From positions 62,001 to 126,000 of the forward strand of contig JAXLNO010000625.1 of the NCBI GenBank assembly GCA_038087875.1: 64,000 bases of DNA, written 5' to 3'. The position numbers and the translations under genes were made by a program. Within the stretch, counting starts at the first letter, position 1. The number at the start of each line of letters is the position of its first letter. Below the pieces are notes generated by a model, which did not search any database, had not been told where the DNA came from, and saw only the letters and a list, made by a program, of their open reading frames with translations. This document shows positions 1 to 11,180 of the stretch, in pieces. The stretch is from Malacoraja senta. Lineage: Eukaryota.

Positions 1-520
1 CTAGCAATTGGTGGCCTTGCACCCTGCTTGAAGTGGCATGAAACTGCACTAGAATTTGGTGGCCTTGCACCTTGCTTGGTGGCTTTAAACTGCACTTGAA
101 TTTTGGGGCCTTGCACCTTGTTTGAAGTGGCATGAAACTGCACTTGAATTTGGTGGCCTTGCACCCTGTTTGAAATGGCATGAAACTGCACTTGAATTTG
201 GTGGCCTTGCACCCTGCTTGAAATGGCATGAAACTGCACTTGAATTTGGTGGCCTTGCACCCTGCATGAAATGGCATGAAACTTTACTTCAATTTGGTGG
301 CATTGCACCCTGCTTGAAGTGGCATGAAACTGCACTTAAATTTGGTGGCCTTGCACCCTGCTTGAAGTGGTAAGAAACTGCAATTGAATTTGGTGGCCTT
401 GCATCCTGCTTGAAGTGGTAAGAAACTGCACTTGAATTTGGTGGCCTTGCACCTTGCTTGAAGTGGTGGTAAACTGCATTTGAATTTGGTTGCCTTGCAC
501 CCTGCTTGAAATGGAATTTC
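1..520 (+). repeat. 48-bp minisatellite (~10-11 units) inside the Helitron
   Basis: Unit TGAAACTGCACTTGAATTTGGTGGCCTTGCACCCTGCTTGAAATGGCA; explains the 16-aa periodic ORFs. Confidence 0.95.
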
Positions 521-817
521 AAGGAATAGCCGTGAGTGAACTGCTAGCCCACCAGCCGTGAGTGAGCTGCCAGCACATCAGGCTTGAGTGACTGAGCTGC
601 CACCCCAAGAATCTATTTGGCCCACAATGTCCATACTAGCCCTCTGGAAACCAGTCCCTTCAGCCCACAATACCCATACTAGCACTCCAGGAAGCTCCCC
701 CCCCACCCCCCGCCCCACTGGCCACTAATATTGGAATTAGTGGAGAGGTGGAATATTGCGTTGGGGGACCAGTCCTCCCGTGTGAACATGGGACCCAACG
801 GGTCCCACTTAGTCTAG
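1..817 (+). mobile_element. Non-autonomous Helitron-like element, 3' part (5' end outside window)
   Basis: Ends with hairpin TGGGACCC-AAC-GGGTCCCA (789-807) followed 6 nt later by CTAG|T (814-817), the canonical Helitron 3' terminus; homologous to the inverted copy at 4227-6336, which has a TC 5' end. Confidence 0.75.
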
Positions 818-819
818 TT

Positions 820-1005
820 TGTTCTATATCTCTTTACATCACTGTCTATATCTCTCATTTCTCTTCCCCCTGACTAGTCTGAAGAAAAGTCTCAATCCAA
901 AACGTCAACCATTCTTTGTCTCCAGTGATGCTGCCTGTCCCGCTGAGTTACTCCAGCATTTTGTGTCTATCCTCGATTTAAGCCAGCAACTGCAGTTCCA
1001 TCCTA
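820..1005 (+). mobile_element. Penelope-like element terminal (pseudo-LTR) fragment with degenerate hammerhead motif
   Basis: GTCTGAAGA...AAACGTC...GATGCTGCCTGTCCCGCTGAGTTACTCCAGCATTTTGTGTCT block, repeated many times in the window (e.g. ~1410, ~3275, ~24345, ~30215, ~52640, ~59500). Confidence 0.7.
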
Positions 1006-1224
1006 CACCAGAAAATATCTCACGCACTCAGAACAAATGTTTCCTTTGCCGTCATGGTGCTGGTGATTGGCAGCTTCTACCGATGAATATATATTTTATC
1101 AAACGATGATCAGCCATGATCACATTGAATGGCGGTGCTGGCTCGAAGGGCCATATGGCCTACTCCTGCATCTATTGTCTATTGTCTATTGATGCCGTTT
1201 TTCTTCATTTCTGCCAATGTTTCT

Positions 1225-1268
1225 CATTTGTTGAAACAGGTCACGTGAAGGTTGCAATCTGCCACCCA
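1225..1268 (-). mobile_element. 5' fragment of the ribozyme-headed short retroposon (partial third copy)
   Basis: Reverse complement GGGTGGCAGATTGCAACCTTCACGTGACCTGTTTCAACAAATG matches the heads at 3629 and 29029, with an internal deletion. Confidence 0.7.
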
Positions 1269-2682
1269 TCCTCCTATGGTGAATGCATTGGTTGTTTCTT
1301 TATATTAGTTTAAATAATGAAGGGCTTTTGACTCTTTGTCTCATTATTCACAAATTTTAACTATTACAGTGTTAAAATCCATTTGAAAGGCAAATCGATC
1401 ATGGATAAGAGATGCTGCCTGTCCTGCTGAGTTACTCCAGCATTTTTTGTCTGCCTCATCTAAAACACAGACTGATTGTTCTACAGGAGTTAATTTAGCA
1501 TGTTATTTTTCATCAACTCTCTCATCTTAAACTGAACTGGGATCTTAAAGGAACAGGAACAACTAAAGTCTCACTTGAAGACTAGTCATCGAGTTGAGGA
1601 ATTTCAAATTGGAAGTGGATTACTTGGAAAATCAGTCTGTACGGTTGAAATGTTATCTAAATTAGGTAATACTTATTTAAGACAAAGTTTAATACTTTAC
1701 TTTAAACTCCTGGTGGATGAGGGGAGGGAAGAGTCACTTGATTGCAAAGGCATTTAACATTAATGCCCATGGGCTAAATAGTTAAAGGCAATGTTGATGC
1801 ATAAAACCCGTGAGTAGGTTAAAACTAACATGTTGCAAAATAAAAGATAAAAATGTTCCCTGAATTAACACAGCTGCAATTCCCGCAGTTGGGAGATTGT
1901 CTTAACATCATCTTTTATGCATTATTTCAGATTTCAGATGTAAGGATTGAATGAAACCCATACAGGACAGGGACATAAAGGACAAAATCAAAGATTCAGG
2001 TCAGATATTGGTTGTGCTGGAATTAAGTACAGTAATGTGTGTTGCTTAGTGTAGATGGTCTGAGGCTATATTGCTCACACTAGTTCTTGCTTGGATTGAG
2101 GGAAAGGGGGCAGGGAGGAGGATCAAGGAATTGGGTTGTGGGAGTTGGGGATTTCTTTCAGATGGTTTCTGACTTTTCAGTCATTAGAAATGATATCTGT
2201 GCTTGAAACTAGTGCCATGATACAAAACAATTTCCATGGAATTAAAACAATATCTAATTAATATTAAGATTTAGGTTCTATTGTGAAGATTTATGGATCA
2301 AGTATCGATTGTTTAGTTGCATTTACTTGCCGCACCCATTCTGTCAATTATTCTTTCAATGAGTTTTACTCAAAACAAATTCTTACCTTTTGTCATGTCA
2401 GTAGTTTTTCAACATTATTTTTGTCCATTAAGGAGCTGATTTTTGTTTTTTACTGTATTTTTTGATTACTTCCCTTCCTTCAATATCCAATCTAATTGTT
2501 TGAAGTCCAGTGCAGTTGTAATGTAGCTACTAGTTTGGTGATGCACCTAGCTTTGGTACAAATAGTTTAACAAGAACAGATGTACAGTGGCAAGCAATAT
2601 AGCTGTGATTATTTATGTCTTGAAATTAATAAGGAAGTTGATTTTCCTGTTGACTCTTCTGTGTCATTCCATATTCAACCAG

Positions 2683-2698
2683 TGTTCAAATACTGTAG
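2683..2698 (+). CDS. Candidate 16-nt microexon of an unidentified host gene
   Basis: Branch-like TTGAC, pyrimidine tract and CAG (AG 2681-82); exon TGTTCAAATACTGTAG; donor GTAAGA (2699); downstream TGCATG (2726) and ACTAAC (3067); TE-free flanks. Confidence 0.4.
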
Positions 2699-3628
2699 GT
2701 AAGAGTTCACATGTGTATGTAAGTATGCATGTACAGAGATTTATTTGCTGGAGTTAAAATAAATATTGTTAGCATTATGGTATTGTGGCAGCATTGCACC
2801 ATCCCACAGTGGGTATTGATCTCAAACTGAAAACTGCGTTAAAGCAAAGCCACAGCATCATAATGCACTGGCTAGGAATGCAGTCTCACTTAAAAACACA
2901 TGCTAAAATTGCGCAGCATGGCAGACCTGTGAGAACGTATAATTGTGTTTTGGAGAATGGCTTTCAAGTGCACATGTCACGCAAGTTGAACGGTGTGATT
3001 CGAAATATCTCGTGGGATTTTGCACATTAACCGCATATTATTTTAGGAGTCACAGTCAAGAAATAAACTAACCTGCATTATGTCCCATTGCAGCTGCAAC
3101 TCTTAAAATTCCAGCTCCAGCAGGAACAGCTGCTTGGACAGCTTGGGGTTCTGAACGGTGCCAGAGTGGTTCTGAACGGTGCCAGGATGGACACGGAGAT
3201 GTCAGCCTGGATTCTCTGACTCTGATTGCAGTCTATGGTAGTAGAGGTAGATATCCAGGGAGATTGATCAGATCCAAAACGTCACCCATTCCTTCTCTGC
3301 CGAGATGGCGCCTGTCCTGCTGAGTTAATCCAGCTTTTTGTGTCTAGCTTCATAACGATCTCTTGATCTTGGTTGTTCTCACCTGAGCAAAGTTCAGGAA
3401 TCTTGTCCATCAGTGAGCTGAACCTCATGATCTTTTCTACAATAGGCTCAACAAGATGGTGGTCCCTGTGCCATTCCAGTGAGCTCCCAAAACAGGTCTG
3501 CTTCCTTCTTTTCTGTTGTGATCTTTCCTGTGTTTAGTTTTCACATTCAAGATCAACAAGCAGCAGCGAGTTCAAAGATATATTGCACACAGTTTAATGC
3601 TATTACCATGTGATCAGCCTACTCCGTT

Positions 3629-4019
3629 GGGGTGGGCGATTGCAACCGTGGTCCGTCCTGTTTCAACAAATGTAATCAACCTGGCGTGCACATCAAATAA
3701 GATCAAATAGAACAAAGGTACACAAAAATGCTGGAGAAACTCAGCGGGTGCAGCAGCATCTATAGAGCGAAGGAAATAGGCAACGTTTCGGGCCGAAACC
3801 CTTCTTCAGACTGATAGGGGGTGGGGAGAAGAAAGGAAAAAAGGAAAAAGGCGGAGGAGGAGCCCGAGGGCTGGGGGAGGGGAGGAGACAACCAGACGGC
3901 TGATGAAGGGGAGGGGACAGCAAGGGCTAGCAGAATTGGGAGAATTCAAATAGAACAAGTTGTTCTACAACTTTAGGCTGTGCACACCATACGCAATAAT
4001 AATAATAATAAGAAGAAGA
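3629..4019 (+). mobile_element. Short ribozyme-headed retroposon with (AAT)n(GAA)n tail, interrupted by a Penelope fragment
   Basis: 12-bp TSD AGCCTACTCCGT (3616-3627 / 4020-4031); homologous to 28884-29029. Confidence 0.85.
3716..3945 (-). mobile_element. Penelope-like element fragment with intact minimal hammerhead core
   Basis: 13-bp TSD TCAAATAGAACAA (3703-3715 / 3946-3958); minus strand CTGAAGA-A-GGGT-TTCG-GCCC-GAAACGTT at 3809-3782. Confidence 0.8.
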
Positions 4020-4399
4020 AGCCTACTCCGTGTATAACTGCATAACTTGCATGGAAACATAGTCAAAAGTTTCAATAGACCCAGTGCACAATATAAAATC
4101 CAAATTGCATTCAATTAATTATTTTACCCCAATATACAATACAATAGTGCATAAGAAATATCCTTCTGACAACATCAGAAACTCCTAAACCCCTCAGTCT
4201 GAAGAAGAGCCCCGACTGAAATTGTTTGGAGCGCTAGTATAGGTGTTGTGGGCAGAAGGGACTGGTTTCCAGAGGGCTAGTATGGACATTGTGGGCCAAC
4301 TGGATGCTTGGGGTGGCAGCTCAGTCACTCAAGCCTAATGTGCTGGTAGCTCACTCACGGCTGGTGGGCTGGCAGTTGACTCACGGCTATTCCTTGAAA

Positions 4400-4707
4400 T
4401 TCCATTTCAAGCAGGGTGCAAGGCCACCAAATTCAAATGCAGTTTCCTACCATTTCAAGCAGGGTGCAAGGCCACCCAAATTCAAGTGCAGTTTCCTACC
4501 ACTTCAAGCAGGGTGCAAGGCCACCTAATTCAAGTGCAGTTTCATACCACTTCAAGCAGGGTGCAAGGCCACCAAATTCAAGTGCAGTTTCATACCACTT
4601 CAAGCAGGGTGCAAGGCCACCAAATTCAAATGCAGTTTCTTACCATTTCATGCAGGGTGCAAGGCCACCACATTCAAATGCAGTTTCAAACCATTTCAAG
4701 CAGGGTG
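4400..4707 (-). repeat. 48-bp minisatellite (~6 units), same unit as 1-520
   Basis: Direct inspection; periodic ORF translations HFKQGARPPNSSAVSY. Confidence 0.95.
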
Positions 4708-5129
4708 AAACCACCATAAAACCACCATAAAACCACACAAAACACCACATAAACGCCACATAAACACCACGCTCACAGTTCAGTAGACATTCAGTGTGTT
4801 CAGTTGATTCACAGCTCAGACAGAGTCGTGACCTCTCCCTCCCCCATCTTCCAGAGACTGAGCCACACCCATACTTCCGGGTTTTATAATCCATCCCCCC
4901 TCCCACTGGAAGGGGCGTGGCCTTCATGGCGTGATTGACAGGAGAGCGATTTTTTAAACACTAATAACACTTTTATCTTTCATTGATGGGAAGAAGCCTC
5001 TGCACCTGATGAGCGGAGGGGACTGAGTAAGATGGGCAAAAATCACAGCCATAAGTGGTAGCATTTTATCTAAAATCAATATACAGTGCAAAAGGAAGTT
5101 GTCAAGTTTAGACTTTTAATCATTTGCCA

Positions 5130-5270
5130 TTTCAAACAACCACCACCAACCATTTGCTGTGCTTTATTTCAAACTAACCACCACCAACCATTTGTTGTGC
5201 TTTATTTCAAACCAAGCACCACCAACCATTTGCTGTGCTTTATTTCAAACCAACCACCACCAACCACATT
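5130..5270. repeat. ~38-bp minisatellite (~3.5 units)
   Basis: Unit CACCACCAACCATTTGCTGTGCTTTATTTCAAACTAAC. Confidence 0.85.
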
Positions 5271-5524
5271 TTAATTTTCAAACCACATTAAGGGCACTCA
5301 AGGTCAGTAAAACCACACTCACAGTTTAGTAAATGTTTTCAGTGTTATTCACAGATCAGACTGAGAGACGTGACCCTCTCGCTTCCCCCATCCTGCAGAG
5401 ATTGACTGAGGCACTCAACACTTCTGGGTTTTATAGTCCCTCCGGAAGGGGCGTGGCCTTCAGGAGAGAGAATCTCAACATTTTTTAAACACTGATAACT
5501 CTTTTAAAGCAGCTTTAAGGTGCT

Positions 5525-5952
5525 AAAACACAGCTTTAGCGCTTTCAACCCAAAGGCTACACAGCTTTAGCACTTTCAAACCAAAGGCAACACAGCTTTA
5601 GCACTTTCAAACCAAAGGCAACAGAGCTTTAGCACTTTCAAACCAAAGGCAACACAGCTTTAGCACTTTCAAACCAAAGGCAACACAGCTTTAGCACTTT
5701 CAAACCAAAGGCAACACAGCTTTAGCACTTTCAAACCAAAGGCTACACAGCTTTAGCACTTTCAAACCAAAGGCAACACAGCTTTAGCACTTTCAAACCA
5801 AAGGCAACAAAGCTTTAGCACTTTCAAACCAAAGGCAACACAGCTTTAGCACTTTCAAACCAAAGGCAACACAGCTTTAGTACTTCAAACCAAAGGCAAC
5901 ACAGCTTTAGCACTTTCAAACCAAAGGCAACACAGCTTTAGCACTTTCAAAC
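5525..5952. repeat. 31-bp minisatellite (~14 units)
   Basis: Unit TTTCAAACCAAAGGCAACACAGCTTTAGCAC. Confidence 0.95.
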
Positions 5953-6825
5953 TACATTTTCAAACCACATTAAGGGCACTGACAGGTCAGTAAAACCACT
6001 CACAGTTTAGTAGACATGTGTTCAGTGTTATTCACAGCTCAGACTGAGAATTGCGATCTCTTGCTCCCCCATCTTGCAGAGAACTGAGGCTCCTCCACAC
6101 TTCCAGGTTTTAGAGTCCCTCCGGGGTGTGGCCTTCAGGGGAGAGAATCTCAACATTTTTTAAACACTAATAATCTTTTATTTTTAATAGATGGGAAAAA
6201 TCCTCTTGTCCTATGCAGCGGAGGGTGGCTCTGAGTAAGATGGCCAAAAATCACAGCTGTAAGTGGCAGCATTTTTTCTAAAATCAATATACAGTGCAAC
6301 AGGAAGTGGTCAAGATCAGACTTTTAGTAATATAGATTAACATTTTTCTCCTGTCACACTTTGCCTGACATTAAGCTATTGGAAAGAGTCTTTGCTGATA
6401 GTCTTGTCTACACAGATGGTGATTTGCAAAAATAAGTTTTATAAATTGTACTGATATTATAAGCGTAAGTTGCTTTAATGACCATTTGTTTAATCTTCCT
6501 GCAATTAAAGGATTTGCATTTGTAAATGTAATTCAAAAGTAACCAGATCTGTATAAATTTCATTTCGCTGGAGAACTTTATCAGTCCCACATCCTGGATT
6601 GGACTCTGCTGTTATGAGGTGTACTGTTCAATGTTCTTGATTCACTTTCATTTTCATTTAAGAGGAAATGATTATGAAAATACAATTTGAATCAGATTCT
6701 TTGTATGGATATGCCATGTACCTTCCTCACCTAAATGTAAAAAAAATGTGATTACCATACCTGCATTTTATTAAAATAAGTATTTTTTCATTTACATAAT
6801 TTAGATTATATTTTCTGTTTTTTAG

Positions 6826-6872
6826 GATCAAAACGTCTTGCCTCAGAGCCTCTGGAGAGCACCATCCTGTGA
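6826..6872 (+). CDS. Candidate terminal coding exon of an unidentified host gene (..GSKRLASEPLESTIL*), followed by a long UTR-like tract
   Basis: Strong acceptor TATTTTCTGTTTTTTAG|G; phase-1 frame ends in a class I PDZ-binding-like motif (T-I-L-COOH); downstream AT-rich, mostly unique sequence to ~10.8 kb with AATAAA at ~9653 and ~9940. Confidence 0.45.
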
Positions 6873-7800
6873 GACTAAGATGCCCAAAACCAACAGAATT
6901 CCATAATTGCAAAGAAAATTGTCTTTTTGACTTGAAACATGATGTGCAAAGAAGCAAAAAAAACCCCTAGAAAATGCACTTTCATTCTTTACTGTTAGTG
7001 CCCCGACATTAGGCTGACTTTAATAGCCTGGGATGATTTCAGCTTATAAATCTTCAAATGGAGGATAAAGTTCAAGTAGATAAAATCAAACAGATGTTGG
7101 TGGGAGGATTTCTTTGTGACCTATAAAAGTGCTATCATCAAAGGGAGGAATCATTTGTTTTGAATTATTACAATGTTATCAAAAGGACTGTCGCAGCCTG
7201 TTTGTTAAGAAATTGGATCTGTTTATCTAAAAACAGAACAAAAGTGGCATACTAAAAGGTCTCTGGGAAAGTGTGGCGAGATTGACGGGTGCCCCAGCAG
7301 GGCAGGCTTCAGGCCCTGTGACTGACAGCTGTCCAGTCTGTATTTTTTTCTGGGGATCAGATATCTGATTTTGAACTGCAACTTAAAAGAAGGGCGGCAG
7401 AACCTTTCATTATTTAAAGCTAAGAAATTGGACAAACTTTTCTCCAGTTTCAATTTTATGTTTGGCTGTTATTTTCATTGGAATGCAATGTTTTTTTATG
7501 CACGAGCACAAAGGTGTACACGTGAAACCCTTGGAAATTAAAACTCGTGTAACACCGGAGCCCTGATTGTTCTGAAGTTTGAATCTGGAATGCAATCGAT
7601 GGACAATAGGGGACAAATTACTCGGGGACAAAAGAAAACAAGTTTTCTTTGCAAATAAGCAACAGGTTATGCATTTTGCTGTTTTATTTTGTTTAAGGGA
7701 ACGATGTGAATAATTTAAGTGTCTTCCTTGCGATCGCCACTACACACCAAATGAGACTGAACAAATGCCAGTACGAATTTTGTGAGTTTTGCATATCAAT

Positions 7801-8115
7801 GCGACATGGTGGCCCAGCGGTAGAGTTGCTGCCTTACAGTGCTTGCAGCTCCAGAGACCTGGGTTCGATCCCGACTATGGGTGCTGTCTGTACGGAGTTT
7901 GTACGTTCTCCCCGTGACCGCGTGGGTTTTCCCTGAGATCTTCGGTTTCCTCCCACCATCCACAGATATACAGGTATGTAGGTTAATTGGCTTTGTCAAT
8001 GTAAAAATAGTCCTTAGTGTGTGTAGGATAGTGTTAATATGTGGGGATCACTGGTCGGCACGGAAGCAGTGGGCCGAAGGGCCTGTTTCAATGCTGTATC
8101 TCTAAACTAAACTAA
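7801..8115 (+). mobile_element. HE1-type tRNA-derived SINE, full length
   Basis: A-box GGTGGCCCAGCGGT, B-box GGTTCGATCCC, CR1-like tail GGGCCGAAGGGCCTGTTTC and (CTAAA)n end. Confidence 0.85.
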
Positions 8116-8419
8116 TTGACACCAAATATGCCATATCCTTCAATATACATCAGCATCATTCAGTCACGTCCTAGCCTCTCAGGACATTATATTAACATTG
8201 AAACTAGTTTGGAAAGATAACACCCAATAATTAGAATGATGCACATCAAGAGACTATTGTTTATGTCATATCTTGTCTCTTACCTTTCTTAATATATGAG
8301 CAAACATTTTATAGAAATGAACTTTATTATAGTTTTATTTATTGCCTTTTTATTGAGTTTTGAAGTTTCTATCCAAGTATCTGGTGTTTTTTAGCCAGTA
8401 CTTTTCTTCACAGAACATA

Positions 8420-8825
8420 ACATAGAGCATAGAAGAGTACAGCACAGTGTCAGGACTTTAGCCCACAATATCAGTATGAAATATAATGCCAAGTTGAACT
8501 AACCTCCTCTAACTGCATGTAATCCATATTCCACTACTCCCTGCATACCCATGTGCCTATCTCAAAGCCTCTTAAATATCACTATCGCATCAGCTTCCAC
8601 TAACAGCCCTGGCAGCACATTCCACCACCTCTCTCTGAATGTAACAAAAGAAAACTTGCCCCTCAAATCTCCTTTAATCTTTGCCCCTGTCACCTTAAAG
8701 CTATGTCCTTCAGTCTTTGACATTTCCACCCTGGGAAAAAAGGTTGTGACTGTCTACCCTATTTCTGCCTATCATCATTTTAGGCACTTCTCTCAAGTCT
8801 CCCCTCGACCTTCGAAGTACAAGTA
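8420..8825 (-). mobile_element. CR1-clade LINE 3' fragment, degenerate
   Basis: Homology to the CR1 3' ends at 19600 and 63270. Confidence 0.7.
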
Positions 8826-10791
8826 ATACACTGAAGCTTGTACCATCAGTGCAGGGTTTTATTCTAACCGAGGATGTCACATGAAATAATTTAATAAAGA
8901 CAATTTGTTAAAGTCTATCTTAAACATTTTGTAGATGTGGCCATGGCACATGTGGAAAGTGGTTAAACGGAAATGATAGCCAGAGGCTAATCAGAAATAC
9001 ACAATCATTTAGCGAGCTGCCAGTAAAATAGTCACCTTTGGTTTAAACCAGCATCTGCAGTTCCTTCCTACACTGTAAAATAGTAATGTCTGTTTTTCAG
9101 CCCTCTAATCAGTGTGATGAAAAGTAACAGCCTCCCTGGGAATTCCATTGTTTCCTCTTGACCGACAGTGGGGAAAGCTATTTCAAGGTTCCCTCATTGT
9201 AAGTACTCGGGTGAATAAAAGCAAGGAAATGGTTTGTAATAATACAACACTTTGGTTTTAAAATGACAAAATTAGTTAGTGGTGTTGAGGATATTTCCTC
9301 GCATGAAAAGCATTGCAACAATTCAAATTGATGTGAAGTAGAAAATAAGATTAATGGCAAGCTGCTGGCTTGTTTTTAGTTTGCTTAAACAGAGTAACAT
9401 GAAGCACTATAATGCCACCTCTTTTGTAAGCTGTACATGAATGTGAAAGATGATGTTCCACAATTACTCCCTATATTATTTACATGTAAAGACAATATGT
9501 CCATTGTGCTTCATGTAAAATTTAAGATTTATTTGTGGAAGGTAACATTGCTCGCAGCTGGTCATCACAATAACAGAATCTAAACAATTTACAGATTTTA
9601 TCAAACATACAGAAGGATGTTTGTCTTATCAAAGCACAAGCATATTCAATATAATAAAGTTGTGTGAATACGGGCATGCTTTTATCAATTTAAAAAAAAA
9701 ATCATATGGGACAATCTGTATAGGGCTGTTATTCTGTGAAGATAAATGTTACTAGTTGGGAGAAATCAGCTATTTAAAAATTGCATTGCACATTATCATT
9801 AAAGTGGAAAGTAATCATTTGTTATGTAAAGGATGAGAATATTCATTTGTACATAAAAGTAAGGCCTATGAGCAATTGAATAATAGGTTTGTAACTAATG
9901 TTACATTGATATAATCGCTACCAGATGACAAGCCATTTCAATAAAGTGAGAGTACATGAATCTTTTAGAACTTTTGGGCCTCAATTTTTCTTCTCACAGT
10001 TGTGAGAAAATGTCTAAAATACAAGTGACTTGAGAACAAAATGCTCTTCAAAAAGTTTTCAAACATTGTAATTCTGTCGTTCATTGGCAGCATGGTTCAT
10101 GATTATGAATGGATAGTGTAATATATGGCATGGGATTTGTGTATCAAATCCAGTTTGCTCAGCTGGTCAGATGCTATCCATTCTGTATGGATCTTACATT
10201 TTTTTAATGGTGTTACTGTAAATTGTCTTCAAAACGATCAGTTACTTTGTTCCATTTTCAAATATTCTGCTGTTGAGGTTTCCTGCATTTCATCTTCTTC
10301 ATAAGTCTCACAACTAACTTTTGTGTTAGTTTCTGGTCTATAAAAATGTAAATGTGAAATAAATTGACTCTTGACACTTGAATTAAGATTATAATTATTA
10401 ACAATTTTCGAACATGACAAATATTCAGTTCAAAATTGGTGATACAAGTTTGCAAATTTTCTGCTAGTGATTACAAAAGGTTAGTTTATTGATATGTGAA
10501 GGCATAACTGTTAAATATGCAATTTTCTGCAGAGTATTTTCTCGTAAAATTTGTCTCAAATTAAATACAGATTTTCTGACAAGTGCAAGGCCAAAATGTT
10601 CACAGTAAATAATTGATGGTTAGTGGTTTTAACTGAACATATATGTTAAAAGGCCAGAAGTCCAGTAAATGGACTATGAAAAGTTACTCAGTGAAATATG
10701 ACGCAAGATAATTTTCTCACGTGTTATTATTGGAGTTTACTATATCAGACAAAAATGTTCTAAATCATTATCAAATGTATATATTTGATTC

Positions 10792-11180
10792 TTTTTTTTT
10801 TGGAATAATATTTTTATTAGAAGCATATACATATCATTACCAAAACACATTTTGTTTATCAATTTTATATTGTTAATAGATGGGATTCCAGCTATCAAAG
10901 TAATAGGGGTCCTCATTTATCAATTGCATATTAACTCCGCTTCTATTTGTTTATTTTTTTTTAATAGATAGGAAGAAAGAAGAGAAAAAAAAACCGAGAA
11001 AAAAGAACAGAATAAATTACCAATAATACAACTTTGGAGATAGGTCCGTATATTATAAAACATAACTATTCATCTAATCCTGGGTTCAGGCTTCAGTCAG
11101 GCTTCCGTGCCGGGCCAATTTACCCTTTCAAAAAATCAATAAATGGAGACCATATTCTAGCAAATAATTCTTGATTCTAT
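10792..11180 (-). mobile_element. L1-clade LINE 3' end
   Basis: Minus strand encodes ELFARIWSPFIDFLKG* (L1 ORF2 C-terminus-like), then 3'UTR, AATAAA and poly(A) (T-run at 10792). Confidence 0.6.

Larger units (their letters stand above)
4227..6336 (-). mobile_element. Non-autonomous Helitron-like element, 3'-truncated, with three minisatellites
   Basis: Minus-strand 5' end A|TCTATATTACTAAAAG at 6336; 4227-4707 is the reverse-complement homolog of the 48-bp array and subterminal region of the 1-817 copy (to ~690); 3' hairpin/CTAG missing. Confidence 0.75.

Noticed and set aside
1..520. CRISPR-like array or repeat-protein ORFs (also 4400-4707 and 5525-5952)
   Set aside because: Head-to-tail tandem units without unique spacers and no cas genes; ORFs are artefacts of a 48-bp period
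7801..7880. tRNA gene
   Set aside because: tRNA-derived SINE head followed by SINE body and LINE-like tail; no complete cloverleaf
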